From assembly GCA_041671565.1 (NCBI GenBank), contig JBAZBH010000003.1, forward strand, positions 572-64,571: a stretch of 64,000 nucleotides of DNA, written 5' to 3'. Source of the DNA: Patescibacteria group bacterium. GTDB lineage: Bacteria; Patescibacteriota; Patescibacteriia; JACRDY01. A program made the position numbers and the translations under genes. Position 1 is the first letter of the stretch. Every line of letters begins with the position of its first letter. Below, in pieces: positions 18,556 to 27,561 of the stretch. The notes beneath the pieces were generated by a model that saw nothing but the letters and a program-made list of their open reading frames with translations, was not told the DNA's origin and did no database searches.

Positions 18556-18638
18556 CGCAGGGAGACCACATAGTGGTCGAGTGCGCTCGCTTGGCCACCG
18601 CCTCCGGCGGGGTCCCGCCGCAGGCGGGAAAAGCGAGA
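18556..18638 (+). repeat. partial tRNA-Ser-like copy with a 34-nt GC-rich insertion (direct repeat of 19033-19115)
   Basis: gcagggagaccacatagtggtcgagtgcgctcgcttgg[ccaccgcc..gcaggcggg]aaagcgag; lacks the T-arm and acceptor 3' strand. Confidence 0.6.
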
Positions 18639-18679
18639 CGATATCATGACATTTTAAAAAATAAGGAATGAGTCCAAAG

Positions 18680-18766
18680 CGGAGAGATCGCATAGTGGTC
18701 TAGTGCGCTCGCTTGGAAAGCGAGTGTGGGGAAACCCACCGGGGGTTCGAATCCCCCCCTCTCCGC
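18680..18766 (+). tRNA. tRNA-Ser (anticodon GGA), long variable arm
   Basis: Cloverleaf by eye: anticodon loop cTTGGAAa, variable arm GTGTGGGGAAACCCACC, T-loop GGTTCGAATCC. Confidence 0.7.
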
Positions 18767-18791
18767 TGTGGACTTATTAAGATGTGTGTTT

Positions 18792-19049
18792 ATGTACACA
18801 GTTTATATAATTGAAAGTTTGTCGAACGGTAGGCATTATATCGGCGTTACTTCTGATCTGGCTCAGCGTTTACGGCACCATAACAGTGGCGCCAACAGGT
18901 CAACTAAGAACAGGGGACCATGGAAAATAGTTTATTCTGAAGTTTTTCCCGATCAAAAAACGGCTTGGTTAAGAGAACGGCAAATTAAGAAATATAAAGG
19001 TGGCGAGGCGTTTAAAAAACTTTTGATAAAAAGCAGGGAGACCACATAG
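18792..19049 (+). CDS. small GIY-YIG nuclease family protein (YhbQ / COG2827-like)
   Basis: YTVYIIES..GRHYIGVT..L..RL..HN...WKIVYSE.F....A..RERQIKK; about 85 aa; stop codon lies inside the downstream tRNA-like repeat. Confidence 0.7.
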   Translation: MYTVYIIESLSNGRHYIGVTSDLAQRLRHHNSGANRSTKNRGPWKIVYSEVFPDQKTAWLRERQIKKYKGGEAFKKLLIKSRETT

Positions 19050-19153
19050 TGGTCGAGTGCGCTCGCTTGGCCACCGCCTCCGGCGGGGTCCCGCCGCAGG
19101 CGGGAAAAGCGAGTATATCGAAAGGTATCGGGGGTTCGAATCCCCCCTCTCTC
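19033..19153 (+). pseudogene. tRNA-Ser-like copy carrying a 34-nt insertion in the anticodon loop and an altered variable arm
   Basis: Complete cloverleaf-length copy ...gcttgg[34 nt]aaagcgag tatatcgaaaggtatc gggggttcgaatcccccctctctccgcc; direct repeat of 18556-18638. Confidence 0.45.
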
Positions 19154-19187
19154 CGCCATGGACTTATTGGGATTTAAAATAGCGACG

Positions 19188-19877
19188 ATGAATCTAAAGG
19201 ATAAAGTAATTGTAATAACTGGTGGTAGCCAGGGTTTTGGAAAAGCTCTTGCGGAGTCTTTTGTTGCCGAAAGATGCCGAGTGGTTATAAGTAGTCACGA
19301 TAAAGAGAATGTCGAGATTGCCTCAAAAAAATTATCTGCCGATTGTTTTTTAGCAGATGTTACTTCTTTTGAAGATGTACAAAAGCTTGGTAAATATGTC
19401 TATGAAAAATACGGAGCGATTGATATCTGGATTAACAACGCCGGAATTCAAATTGCACCGAGCTTGGTTGAGGAGGTTGATATCCAAAAATTGCATCATT
19501 TGTTTGATGTTAACTTCTTCGGGTATTTTTATGGATGCCAAGTCGCACTTTTCTATATGAAAAAGCGGGGCGAGGGCTTGATTATTAATATTAATTCCAC
19601 GGCTGGTCTTGACGGTAAGCCTGAAATTTCGGCATATTCTTCTTCGAAATTTGCAATAAAAGGCCTGACCGAATCGATCCGTAAGGAAATTAAGAACCTG
19701 AATATAAAAGTTTTTGAAATATTTCCCGGAGGCATGAGGACCGAAATATATAAAGAAAAATACCCTGCTGATTTAGATGAATACATGGAAGTAACCTCTG
19801 TCGCGAAAAAAGTAGTTGAAAATTTGAAAGTTGAAAATCCAGAAATAGACTTAGTGATTAAAAGACCAATTAAATAA
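19188..19877 (+). CDS. short-chain dehydrogenase/reductase (SDR) family oxidoreductase
   Basis: TGGSQGFGKALA NAD(P)-binding motif, NNAG, YSSSK catalytic motif; AT-richer than its neighbours. Confidence 0.8.
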   Translation: MNLKDKVIVITGGSQGFGKALAESFVAERCRVVISSHDKENVEIASKKLSADCFLADVTSFEDVQKLGKYVYEKYGAIDIWINNAGIQIAPSLVEEVDIQKLHHLFDVNFFGYFYGCQVALFYMKKRGEGLIININSTAGLDGKPEISAYSSSKFAIKGLTESIRKEIKNLNIKVFEIFPGGMRTEIYKEKYPADLDEYMEVTSVAKKVVENLKVENPEIDLVIKRPIK

Positions 19878-19939
19878 TATTTCAAGTCGTGTTCCTGGAT
19901 TGGAAAGTCTCCTAAAATCATTAAAACACCTTCAAATAA

Positions 19940-20878
19940 GTGGCACTTAACCCGATTTATTCACCAAATTTTATGAAACTAACCTTTAAAATCTTCCTCC
20001 TTACCGCCCTACTTTTAGCCCTAATTTTGGGCCTGCGCTTGGTTTTCGGCGGGCCGGAGGATGGTTGGCTGTGCCAAGACGGCAACTGGGTCAAACACGG
20101 TAATCCGAGCGCGCCGGCGCCGACGAGCGGTTGCGGGGCGGCAGTAAAGGGTTTAATAACCGACGAGCGGGTAAAGGTTGACGAACCGGCGATTAACGCC
20201 GAGGTCACTTCGCCTTTGACCGTCAAAGGTGAGGCGCGCGGCGTTTGGTTTTTTGAAGCTTCGTTTCCGGTCAAACTTCTCGCTGAAAATGGCGAGGTGC
20301 TCGCTAGCGGTATCGCCACGGCGGGCAGTAATTGGATGACTGAAGATTTTGTGCCGTTTGCGGCGTCACTAGAATTTACCGCGCCAGCCGGGACGGCCGG
20401 CAGTTTAGTGTTAGAGCGCGATAACCCGTCTGATTTGCCAGAGAATGACGCGCAGGTGGTGATTCCGGTGAAGTTTGGCGCCGCGGCTGAAACCACGGCG
20501 GTGAAAGTTTATTTTAATAATAACCAACTTGACCCGGAAGTTTCTTGCAATAAGGTTTTCAGTGTGGAAAGAAAAGTAGCCAAGACCGAAGCGATTGCCC
20601 GCGCGGCGTTGGAAGAGCTGTTAAAAGGACCGAGCGCGGCTGATCTCAGCGCCGGGTTCACCACCAGCCTGAATTTCGGGGTGAAAATCCAGCAGTTAAC
20701 TATTGTCGACGGTGTGGCAACAATTGATTTTGATAAAACCCTGGACCAAGCGGTTGGCGGCTCCTGCCGCGTCGGCGCCATCCGCGCCCAGATCACGGAA
20801 ACGCTGAAGCAATTTCCCACGGTTAAAAATGTAATAATTTCCATTGATGGCCGGACCGAAGACATTTTACAACCATAA
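19940..20878 (+). CDS. secreted protein with a GerMN-like C-terminal domain
   Basis: Signal peptide/transmembrane start; C-terminal region resembles the sporulation/germination GerMN domain (EELLKGP...TIDFD...). Confidence 0.45.
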   Translation: MALNPIYSPNFMKLTFKIFLLTALLLALILGLRLVFGGPEDGWLCQDGNWVKHGNPSAPAPTSGCGAAVKGLITDERVKVDEPAINAEVTSPLTVKGEARGVWFFEASFPVKLLAENGEVLASGIATAGSNWMTEDFVPFAASLEFTAPAGTAGSLVLERDNPSDLPENDAQVVIPVKFGAAAETTAVKVYFNNNQLDPEVSCNKVFSVERKVAKTEAIARAALEELLKGPSAADLSAGFTTSLNFGVKIQQLTIVDGVATIDFDKTLDQAVGGSCRVGAIRAQITETLKQFPTVKNVIISIDGRTEDILQP

Positions 20879-21040
20879 ATAAAAGAATTTTTAATTTAAA
20901 ATTTCTAATTTTTAATCAATTTTTAAGGACTAATTTCTAATTTTAAAGGCTACAATAGAGTTCGTGGTTATTTAAAATTAAAAATTATAAATTCATTAAA
21001 AATTAAGAATTTTAAATTAAAAATTGCAATTCTCCCTGTT

Positions 21041-22858
21041 ATGTTAACTCCCGTTGAAGAAATCAAATCCCGCCTCGACATCGTTGACCTACTCCAGGAA
21101 TACATCAAGGTCGCGCAGGCCGGCGCCAATTGGAAAGCGCGGTGCCCTTTTCATAATGAAAAAACGCCGTCGTTTATGATTTCGCGGGAAAAGCAAATTT
21201 GGCATTGTTTTGGTTGTGGCGAGGGCGGTGACATTTTTACTTTTGTGCAGAAAATAGAGGGCTTGGATTTTCCCGAAGCTCTGCGGCTCCTGGCTGACAA
21301 GGCCGGCGTGGTGGTGCAAAAGCAAGATCCCCAGATGTTGAGCCAGCGGGCGCGGCTGATTGATCTTAATGAACTGGCCGCCAAATACTATCAGCGGGTG
21401 CTTCATGATTCGTCGGTTGCCAAAGCCGCGCGGGATTATCTGGCGGGCCGCGGCGTGGACCAGCTGACGATCGATAACTGGCAACTGGGTTACGCGCCGG
21501 ACAGCTGGGACGAGACCGCTAATTTCCTCAAGAAAAAAGGCTACGGCGAGCAAGAAATTTTCCTCGCCGGTTTAACTGTTAAAAAAGACCCCGCCTCTTC
21601 AGGCGGGGCGAGCCGCGGCAGTGGTTTTTATGACCGTTTTCGCGGCCGACTGTCGTTTCCGATCCGCGACCAGCATGGTCAAGTGGTGGGATTCTCCGCT
21701 CGCTGCCTGGAGGCGGACGCCAAAACCGCTAAATATATCAATTCGCCACAGACCGCGATTTTTAACAAAGGCCAAATACTTTTTGGCCTGGACCGCGCCA
21801 AGCAGGAAATTCGTATAGCCAAGATGGCCGTTTTAGTTGAAGGCAATCTGGATGTGATCACTTCCCACCAGTATGGCGTCAAAAATGTGGTCGCCAGTTG
21901 CGGCACGGCGATGACCATTGACCAGGTAAAACTCCTTAAGCGTTACTCGGATAATTTGGCGCTTTGTTTTGACCCGGATGCGGCCGGCCGGCTCGCGGCG
22001 GACCGGGGGATTGAGGTGGCGCTTTCGGCCGGGATGAATGTTAAAGTGATTAAACTGCCGGCGGGCGAAGATCCTGATAAGTTTATTAAAAATCATTCGG
22101 CCGCGGTTTGGCAAGAAAAAATTAAAGCAGCGCGGCCGGTGATGGAGTATTATTTTTCGGAACAGCTGGACAACGCCGATCTCCGCGACCCGCAGGTCAA
22201 AAAAGCGGCCGCCCAGAAACTCCTGCCGGCGATTGCCCGGCTGACCGACTCGGTGGAGCAAACCCATTGGCTGCAAAAATTAGCCGAAAGCCTCTCGGTG
22301 CCGGAGAACATCTTGCGGGAAACGATCATCAAGCTCTTTAAAAAACCGGGCGCGCGCGAAGCGGAAAAGCCGGCTTTGCACGCTTCTTTAAACCGGCCGG
22401 CGGCGGAAAGCGAGCGGTTTTTGGCGATTTTATTTAAATATCCGGAAAATCTGCCTTACGCCATCGAGCAACTCTTGCCGGAAATGCTTTGGGGCGAGAA
22501 AGTGGTCAGGCTTTACACAGATTTGATTATTTATTATAATAGGGCCAAAGCCAATTGGCAGTCTGACAACCGCCTGTGGTGGCAGGATTTCAGCGCCACA
22601 CTGGACAAAGAACTGATCGATTACGCTAACCAGCTGGCTTTATTGATTGAACAGGAAGAAGACGAACTACCGGCTGACAAGGTCAAAGAAGAAATTATTA
22701 CTATCGTGAGAGACTTGAAGAAAGATTATTACACCTCTCAACTAAGAAAAATAGGCACAGAACTCAAACAAGCGGAAAGCGCCGGGCAGGCTGAGGCAGT
22801 GAAAGCCTTGGCGGGAAAATTTTCCCAAGTGGCCGGCCAGCTTTATAATTTGGGTTAA
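21041..22858 (+). CDS. dnaG: DNA primase DnaG
   Basis: CPFHNEKTPSF...CFGCG zinc-binding domain; TOPRIM region (EGNLDV, DPDAAG). Confidence 0.85.
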   Translation: MLTPVEEIKSRLDIVDLLQEYIKVAQAGANWKARCPFHNEKTPSFMISREKQIWHCFGCGEGGDIFTFVQKIEGLDFPEALRLLADKAGVVVQKQDPQMLSQRARLIDLNELAAKYYQRVLHDSSVAKAARDYLAGRGVDQLTIDNWQLGYAPDSWDETANFLKKKGYGEQEIFLAGLTVKKDPASSGGASRGSGFYDRFRGRLSFPIRDQHGQVVGFSARCLEADAKTAKYINSPQTAIFNKGQILFGLDRAKQEIRIAKMAVLVEGNLDVITSHQYGVKNVVASCGTAMTIDQVKLLKRYSDNLALCFDPDAAGRLAADRGIEVALSAGMNVKVIKLPAGEDPDKFIKNHSAAVWQEKIKAARPVMEYYFSEQLDNADLRDPQVKKAAAQKLLPAIARLTDSVEQTHWLQKLAESLSVPENILRETIIKLFKKPGAREAEKPALHASLNRPAAESERFLAILFKYPENLPYAIEQLLPEMLWGEKVVRLYTDLIIYYNRAKANWQSDNRLWWQDFSATLDKELIDYANQLALLIEQEEDELPADKVKEEIITIVRDLKKDYYTSQLRKIGTELKQAESAGQAEAVKALAGKFSQVAGQLYNLG

Positions 22859-22920
22859 TTTTTTGTTCAATCAATTGCGCTAATTATTTATTGTCTGTCA
22901 ATTATTCACGGAATTTGGTC

Positions 22921-22980
22921 TAACCATCTGGCTGGAAGCAATGCGAATGCTACAAATTACATGCGAATCTACGAATAATC
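22921..22980 (+). promoter_or_regulatory. conserved ~60-nt upstream element (copy 3 of 3)
   Basis: See 8622-8687; about 55 nt upstream of the rpoD start. Confidence 0.45.
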
Positions 22981-23038
22981 AAGCGTTTAATTAGTATAAT
23001 TGGTTTTTATTTATTTAATTTTGCCAACAAGGCAATTT

Positions 23039-24271
23039 ATGCCAAAGAAAGCCAAAAATTTTAAAAAGAAAGGCTTCCGCCGCCCGGCCAGTAAACAACG
23101 AAGGTTGTTTAGTCTGGCGGCTCGGCGGGGGAAGAAAGTCGTAGCCAAAAAGCCGGCTGGGGAAGAAAAAATCATTGAGCCGAGCGAGGCGGAGATGCAG
23201 GGTTTTTTGAAAAAAGGCCGGGCGCGCGGTTTTATCACCGAGGCGGAAGTTTTGCACTATTTTCCCCGGGTGGAGTATTATTTGGATAAATACGAAATGT
23301 TTTTGGATTGGCTCGACAAAAACGGCATTCAAATGATTGAAGTCAAGGGCGGCCTTTTAGGCAACCGCGGGCCGGCGGTTAAAGAAAAAAACAATAAAGA
23401 CGGCAAAACTTCGCTGGAAGAATCGCTCCATATTGATCTCAGCGAGATTTCCGCTGACTCGATTCAGATGTATTTGCGGGAGATCGGCAAGGTGCCGCTC
23501 CTGACCGCCGAAGAAGAGGTGTCACTCGCTAAACGAAAAGAAAAAAACGACAAAGAAGCCTCGATGCGGCTGATTGAAGCGAATTTGCGGTTGGTGGTTT
23601 CGATTGCCAAAAAATTCGTAGGCAAAAGCTTATCGCTTGCCGACTTGATCCAAGAAGGCAATATCGGCCTTTTCCGCGCGGTCGAAAAGTTTGAATACCG
23701 CAAAGGCTATAAATTTTCCACTTACGCCACTTGGTGGGTGCGCCAGGCGATTACCCGCGCGCTCGCCGACCAGTCGCGGACAATCCGCATTCCGGTGCAT
23801 ATGGTGGAGACGATTAACAAGTTCCAGCAGATTGAACGGCAGTTGATTCAGGACCTCGGTCGCGAGCCTCTGCCTGAGGAAATTTCGGCGGAAATGGGGG
23901 AAGACCTTGACAAAGTCCGCCATATCATTAAAATATCCCAAGATACCATCTCGCTTGAGACTTCGGTGGGCGAGGATGACGAGGACAGTACGCTCGAAGA
24001 CTTTATTGAGGATGTCCGTTCGGTCACGCCTGACCGCTCGGCCGCCCTCCAGCTCCTCCGCGACTATGTCAAAGATATTATTCGCGATTTGTCGCCTCGC
24101 GAACAGAAAATCCTGGAAATGCGTTTTGGTCTGGGCGACGGCGTCTCCCACACTTTGGAAGAGGTGGGCAAGGAATTTGATGTCACGCGCGAACGGATCC
24201 GGCAGATTGAAGCTAAGGCCCTGGAAAAAATGCGCCATAGCCAGGGGATAGAGAAGTTGATGGACTATTAG
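23039..24271 (+). CDS. rpoD: RNA polymerase sigma factor RpoD (sigma-70, group 1)
   Basis: Region 2 ([24 protein letters not shown]), 2.4/3.0 and region 4 ([20 protein letters not shown]) motifs. Confidence 0.85.
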   Translation: MPKKAKNFKKKGFRRPASKQRRLFSLAARRGKKVVAKKPAGEEKIIEPSEAEMQGFLKKGRARGFITEAEVLHYFPRVEYYLDKYEMFLDWLDKNGIQMIEVKGGLLGNRGPAVKEKNNKDGKTSLEESLHIDLSEISADSIQMYLREIGKVPLLTAEEEVSLAKRKEKNDKEASMRLIEANLRLVVSIAKKFVGKSLSLADLIQEGNIGLFRAVEKFEYRKGYKFSTYATWWVRQAITRALADQSRTIRIPVHMVETINKFQQIERQLIQDLGREPLPEEISAEMGEDLDKVRHIIKISQDTISLETSVGEDDEDSTLEDFIEDVRSVTPDRSAALQLLRDYVKDIIRDLSPREQKILEMRFGLGDGVSHTLEEVGKEFDVTRERIRQIEAKALEKMRHSQGIEKLMDY

Positions 24272-24318
24272 AAAGAATTAAGAATTAAAAATTAATAATT
24301 AAGAATTGAAAGACCGTG

Positions 24319-24345
24319 TTGTAGGGGCAATTCATGAATTGCCCT
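24319..24345. repeat. palindrome gtaggggcaattcatgaattgccc (family copy)
   Basis: See 3891-3920. Confidence 0.6.
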
Positions 24346-24428
24346 CAAGGATTGAAAGTAGCGGAGTGACACAGCCTCTGGCTGTGTTATAGTAAAGGCA
24401 GTAATTTTCTAAAAATAATTTTGAGTAT

Positions 24429-24500
24429 TCGGGGGTAGCTCAGTGGTAGAGCAGGTGGCTGTTAACCACCTTGTCGCAGGTTCGATCCCTGTCCCCCGAG
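24429..24500 (+). tRNA. tRNA-Asn (anticodon GTT)
   Basis: Cloverleaf by eye: acceptor TCGGGGG/CCCCCGA, D-arm GCTCAGTGGTAGAGC, anticodon loop CTGTTAA, T-loop GGTTCGATCC. Confidence 0.7.
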
Positions 24501-24524
24501 TTCTCAGAATTATTTTTTTTGCTC

Positions 24525-24600
24525 AGTGGTAGAGTCCGCCGCGGCGGATTAACCACCTTGTCGTCCGCCGATTCGGCGGATCCCCCGAGTTCTATCGCGG
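24525..24600 (+). repeat. degenerate tRNA-Asn fragment in which arms are replaced by tccgccgcggcgga and tccgccgattcggcgga hairpins
   Basis: gctcagtggtagag[tccgccgcggcgga]ttaaccaccttgtcg[tccgccgattcggcgga]tcccccgag aligned to the intact tRNA upstream. Confidence 0.6.
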
Positions 24601-24811
24601 ATTTTTTGTTTTGAAAAATATAGCCGGTGGCTGCTTGTCCCGCTTCAGCGAGCGCCAGCGAGCTGAGGCGGGATTAACCATCTGGTTATCTCCTACGGAA
24701 CCTTCTGAGTTTTAATGAAAAACATCAGCAAAACTGGTATTTTATGATGAGAGTTACATTAATAACTTAAAAGTGTTATACTGTTTATATAATTCATAAC
24801 TATAAATCACT

Positions 24812-25285
24812 ATGAAAAACAAAGAAATTGTTTGGCTGGTAGTGGCTATTCTGGTTATCGCGGTAATTGTCGGGGTTGTTTACTATGAGCTAAACAAAGA
24901 ACAATTGCCACCGTCGCCAATTAACATGGCTGATAATCAAGTGGAGATTTTGGTTGGTACTGAAAAAACCGGTGTGGTACTAGCGCCAAAGACAGAGGCG
25001 GGTTTGAGCTATCAACAAGTAGTTGATAAATATAAAGGTTACCGCTTCCAATTTAACGACCAGTGCGCCACCATTCCTAGCACTCAGACTTTTAAAAATG
25101 GAACGCGGGTGATGTTTGACAATCGAACAGCAGAACAAAAAACCATTGCTCTTGATGGTAAAGGCTATACCATCGGGTCGTATGGATTTATTATCTTGCC
25201 TTTGTCTGCTAGAACTCTACCCCATACCATCAAAGTGGATTGCGACCAACAATATAACACCGCTCAAATTTACTTACAAAAATAA
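24812..25285 (+). CDS. hypothetical secreted/membrane-anchored protein
   Basis: N-terminal transmembrane/signal segment; no family recognised. Confidence 0.4.
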   Translation: MKNKEIVWLVVAILVIAVIVGVVYYELNKEQLPPSPINMADNQVEILVGTEKTGVVLAPKTEAGLSYQQVVDKYKGYRFQFNDQCATIPSTQTFKNGTRVMFDNRTAEQKTIALDGKGYTIGSYGFIILPLSARTLPHTIKVDCDQQYNTAQIYLQK

Positions 25286-25359
25286 TTTCGAGCCTTGAGT
25301 ATTAGTTTAAATAAAAAATCGTTCAAAAGGCGATTTTTTATTTTTTATCAACCTAGTTT

Positions 25360-25445
25360 GTTGGTGGTCGTACCCCGCTAGGGAGAGTTAGTGAACTGTA
25401 CTGGATTAGCCACCTTGTCGCCCGCCGCGGTGAATCCCCCGAGCC
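25360..25445 (+). repeat. second degenerate tRNA-like fragment with a GC hairpin substitution
   Basis: ...ttagccaccttgtcg[cccgccgcggtga]atcccccgag; followed by hairpin terminators at 25448-25490. Confidence 0.45.
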
Positions 25446-25558
25446 TTGAAAAAAGCCAGGTTTAAGCCTGGTCTTTTTCTTTTTTAAGATAAAAAAGACC
25501 GCGGTGCCCAGAGTGTGGGCGCGGCGGTCGGGGGTTAAATGTGAGGATTGAAATGATG

Positions 25559-26878
25559 TCATCCGTCCAGTTTTTCAATCGCTTGTTGTATCAGTGCATA
25601 AGCAATCGGATTTTTTTGCGCCAGAATGTTCAGCGCGAATTGAATGGCATTTTTTTCCGAACAGATGGTGGCCATGGGCACATCTGAAGGCAGGCGGAGG
25701 CTGCTCCAAATGTCTTCGGGGTGGCTGTCCAAAGTTGCCGGCACGCTGATCACCGGCCAGGAGGTGCGGGCAGCGAGCATGGGCCCGAGGCCGTTGCTCA
25801 TGCCGACTTGGGCGATAATGACGCCACCGTCCGGGTATTGGCCGAGCAGTTTTTCCAGAGTTTCCAGGCAATGGGCGGGTGATTTGTGACCTGAGGCGAC
25901 GATGTCGTTGACCGAGATCCCGTTTATCTTCGGCAATTCGCCCCACTTGTCTTTATCCGAACCGCGCCAGAAAATCAGCGCTTGCTGGGGCAGGCGGAAG
26001 CGGCTGATGAGATCCGCCACGAGCTGGTAATTTTTTTCCACTTCGGCCGTCAGGCCGTTTTGCCGAAAGACTTCTTTGCTCAGCTCTTTCCAGGGGAAAT
26101 TGCGCAGGCGCCAGCTGTCGTTGTCAATGACATCAGCGAGCCGTAATTTGCCATCGGCGTCCAATCCGAATTCGATTTTGAAGTCGATCAGGCGGCAACC
26201 GAGTATTGCCCAGACGCCCTCCAGCACCAAGAAGGTCTGGCGCAGGTATTGTTCCAGTTGATTGAGATTGATTCCGCGGAGGACAGTATTGGCCGGGTTG
26301 ATGCCGACGCTCAGTATTGACGCGCCATCCCAGTGCGGTTTTTTGGAGTGCAACAGCGTCCACTTCGGCGCATATGGATTTAGGATGAGGGGATCTTCCT
26401 CACCTTTTTCCGGATCCAGCCCTTCAATTACGATTTGGCCGCCAGCAGTTAGGCGACCTTTAGTGGTTTTGAGGAAAAATTCGGTTACGAGCCGATGAAA
26501 GCGGTGGGGCGGTGAGTCGGTCGGCAGAGTGAGTTCAGGTCGCCGTTTGGTATAGCTACCGACGGCATGGCGGCGCGCCACGACTTCCAGTGGAATCATA
26601 ACGCAATTGTTCGCCACGAATTCGGTCGGCGAAATTTGCTCGATATAGGCCACGGGGATGCCGGCTTGCTGGAGTAATTCGAATACCCGGCAAGTGGTGG
26701 CGGTCGCGCTGGTTGCTTTACTGGCGAATTGTCTGGTCAGTTTGGAATTGTCGTTGGCGGTGATGTCATTTTTATTTTCAACAATCACCAGGTCGGGCTG
26801 ACCGACGACCCCCCAGACCTTTTTCGTTTTTCCTTCAGATAATAGCTGTCCTTTTTCGTATTCCATCGTTTTCTCCAT
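25559..26878 (-). CDS. fusion protein: SAICAR synthetase (PurC) N-terminal domain plus PurE-like (AIR carboxylase / N5-CAIR mutase) C-terminal domain
   Basis: N-terminus GKTKKVW..LVIVENKNDITANDNSKL and C-terminus QVGMSNGLGPMLAARTSWPVISVP recognised by motif; start moved to the internal Met (MEKTMEYEKGQ). Confidence 0.55.
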   Translation of the reverse strand: MEKTMEYEKGQLLSEGKTKKVWGVVGQPDLVIVENKNDITANDNSKLTRQFASKATSATATTCRVFELLQQAGIPVAYIEQISPTEFVANNCVMIPLEVVARRHAVGSYTKRRPELTLPTDSPPHRFHRLVTEFFLKTTKGRLTAGGQIVIEGLDPEKGEEDPLILNPYAPKWTLLHSKKPHWDGASILSVGINPANTVLRGINLNQLEQYLRQTFLVLEGVWAILGCRLIDFKIEFGLDADGKLRLADVIDNDSWRLRNFPWKELSKEVFRQNGLTAEVEKNYQLVADLISRFRLPQQALIFWRGSDKDKWGELPKINGISVNDIVASGHKSPAHCLETLEKLLGQYPDGGVIIAQVGMSNGLGPMLAARTSWPVISVPATLDSHPEDIWSSLRLPSDVPMATICSEKNAIQFALNILAQKNPIAYALIQQAIEKLDG

Positions 26879-27036
26879 TTTCGTAGTGTTTTCAGTTGTC
26901 AATTTGCGGCCTACTGTTGCTGGGTTTATCTTAGATAAAGCCGCGGTTTTAGTCAAGGCGAGCCTAGGCTATCCAGTTCAGGCTATTTTCTGCTATAATT
27001 AGGGTATTATTTATAATTTAACTAAAAAATCATTTT

Positions 27037-27465
27037 ATGGAGAAAAACCACTTAATTCGCACAATTTATTTGTATTTGTTTTCTTTGGTCGGGTTAGTCT
27101 TGTTGGTGATTGGGGGAGTCGGCCTCGTTAATCTGGGGCTAAAAACCTATATTTTTACGGCCGCCTATAGCGACCAGTATTATGGTCGGACCGTGCCAAT
27201 GCCGGCGGTTACCGAGAAAGCCGTTCTTGATAGCCAAACTTCGGGCAAAAAAGTGGAGGTGACGGCGGCGGAGCAGCAGCAGTTGGAATACTGGCTGGTG
27301 GACTATAAAAATTGGCAAGAGACGGATAGTAAAGTTGACTATGCCAAAGCCCAACGCCAGCGCGACGCGGCTAATGACATCGCCATGATCATCATCGGTT
27401 TGCCGCTTTACTTGATCCATTGGTCAATTATCAAGAAAGAAACCAAAAAAGCCAGTTTAGCTTAA
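27037..27465 (+). CDS. hypothetical membrane protein
   Basis: Two transmembrane helices; no family recognised. Confidence 0.4.
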   Translation: MEKNHLIRTIYLYLFSLVGLVLLVIGGVGLVNLGLKTYIFTAAYSDQYYGRTVPMPAVTEKAVLDSQTSGKKVEVTAAEQQQLEYWLVDYKNWQETDSKVDYAKAQRQRDAANDIAMIIIGLPLYLIHWSIIKKETKKASLA

Positions 27466-27561
27466 AAGCAGATAAAACGGTCGCTCGCGGGCGGTCGTTT
27501 TGTTTTATGCCTGACTTGCGGCGAGGAAGGGGAAAGGCTATAATTTTAGCATTAAAACGAT

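Noticed and set aside
19071-19104. The 34-nt insertion in the tRNA-Ser-like copy as a genuine tRNA intron
   Set aside because: An intact intron-less tRNA-Ser lies 350 nt upstream. The insert sits at a non-canonical position (inside the anticodon rather than 37/38). It is far too short for a group I intron. It is treated as a pseudo-tRNA or att-like repeat, though splicing cannot be excluded without experiment.
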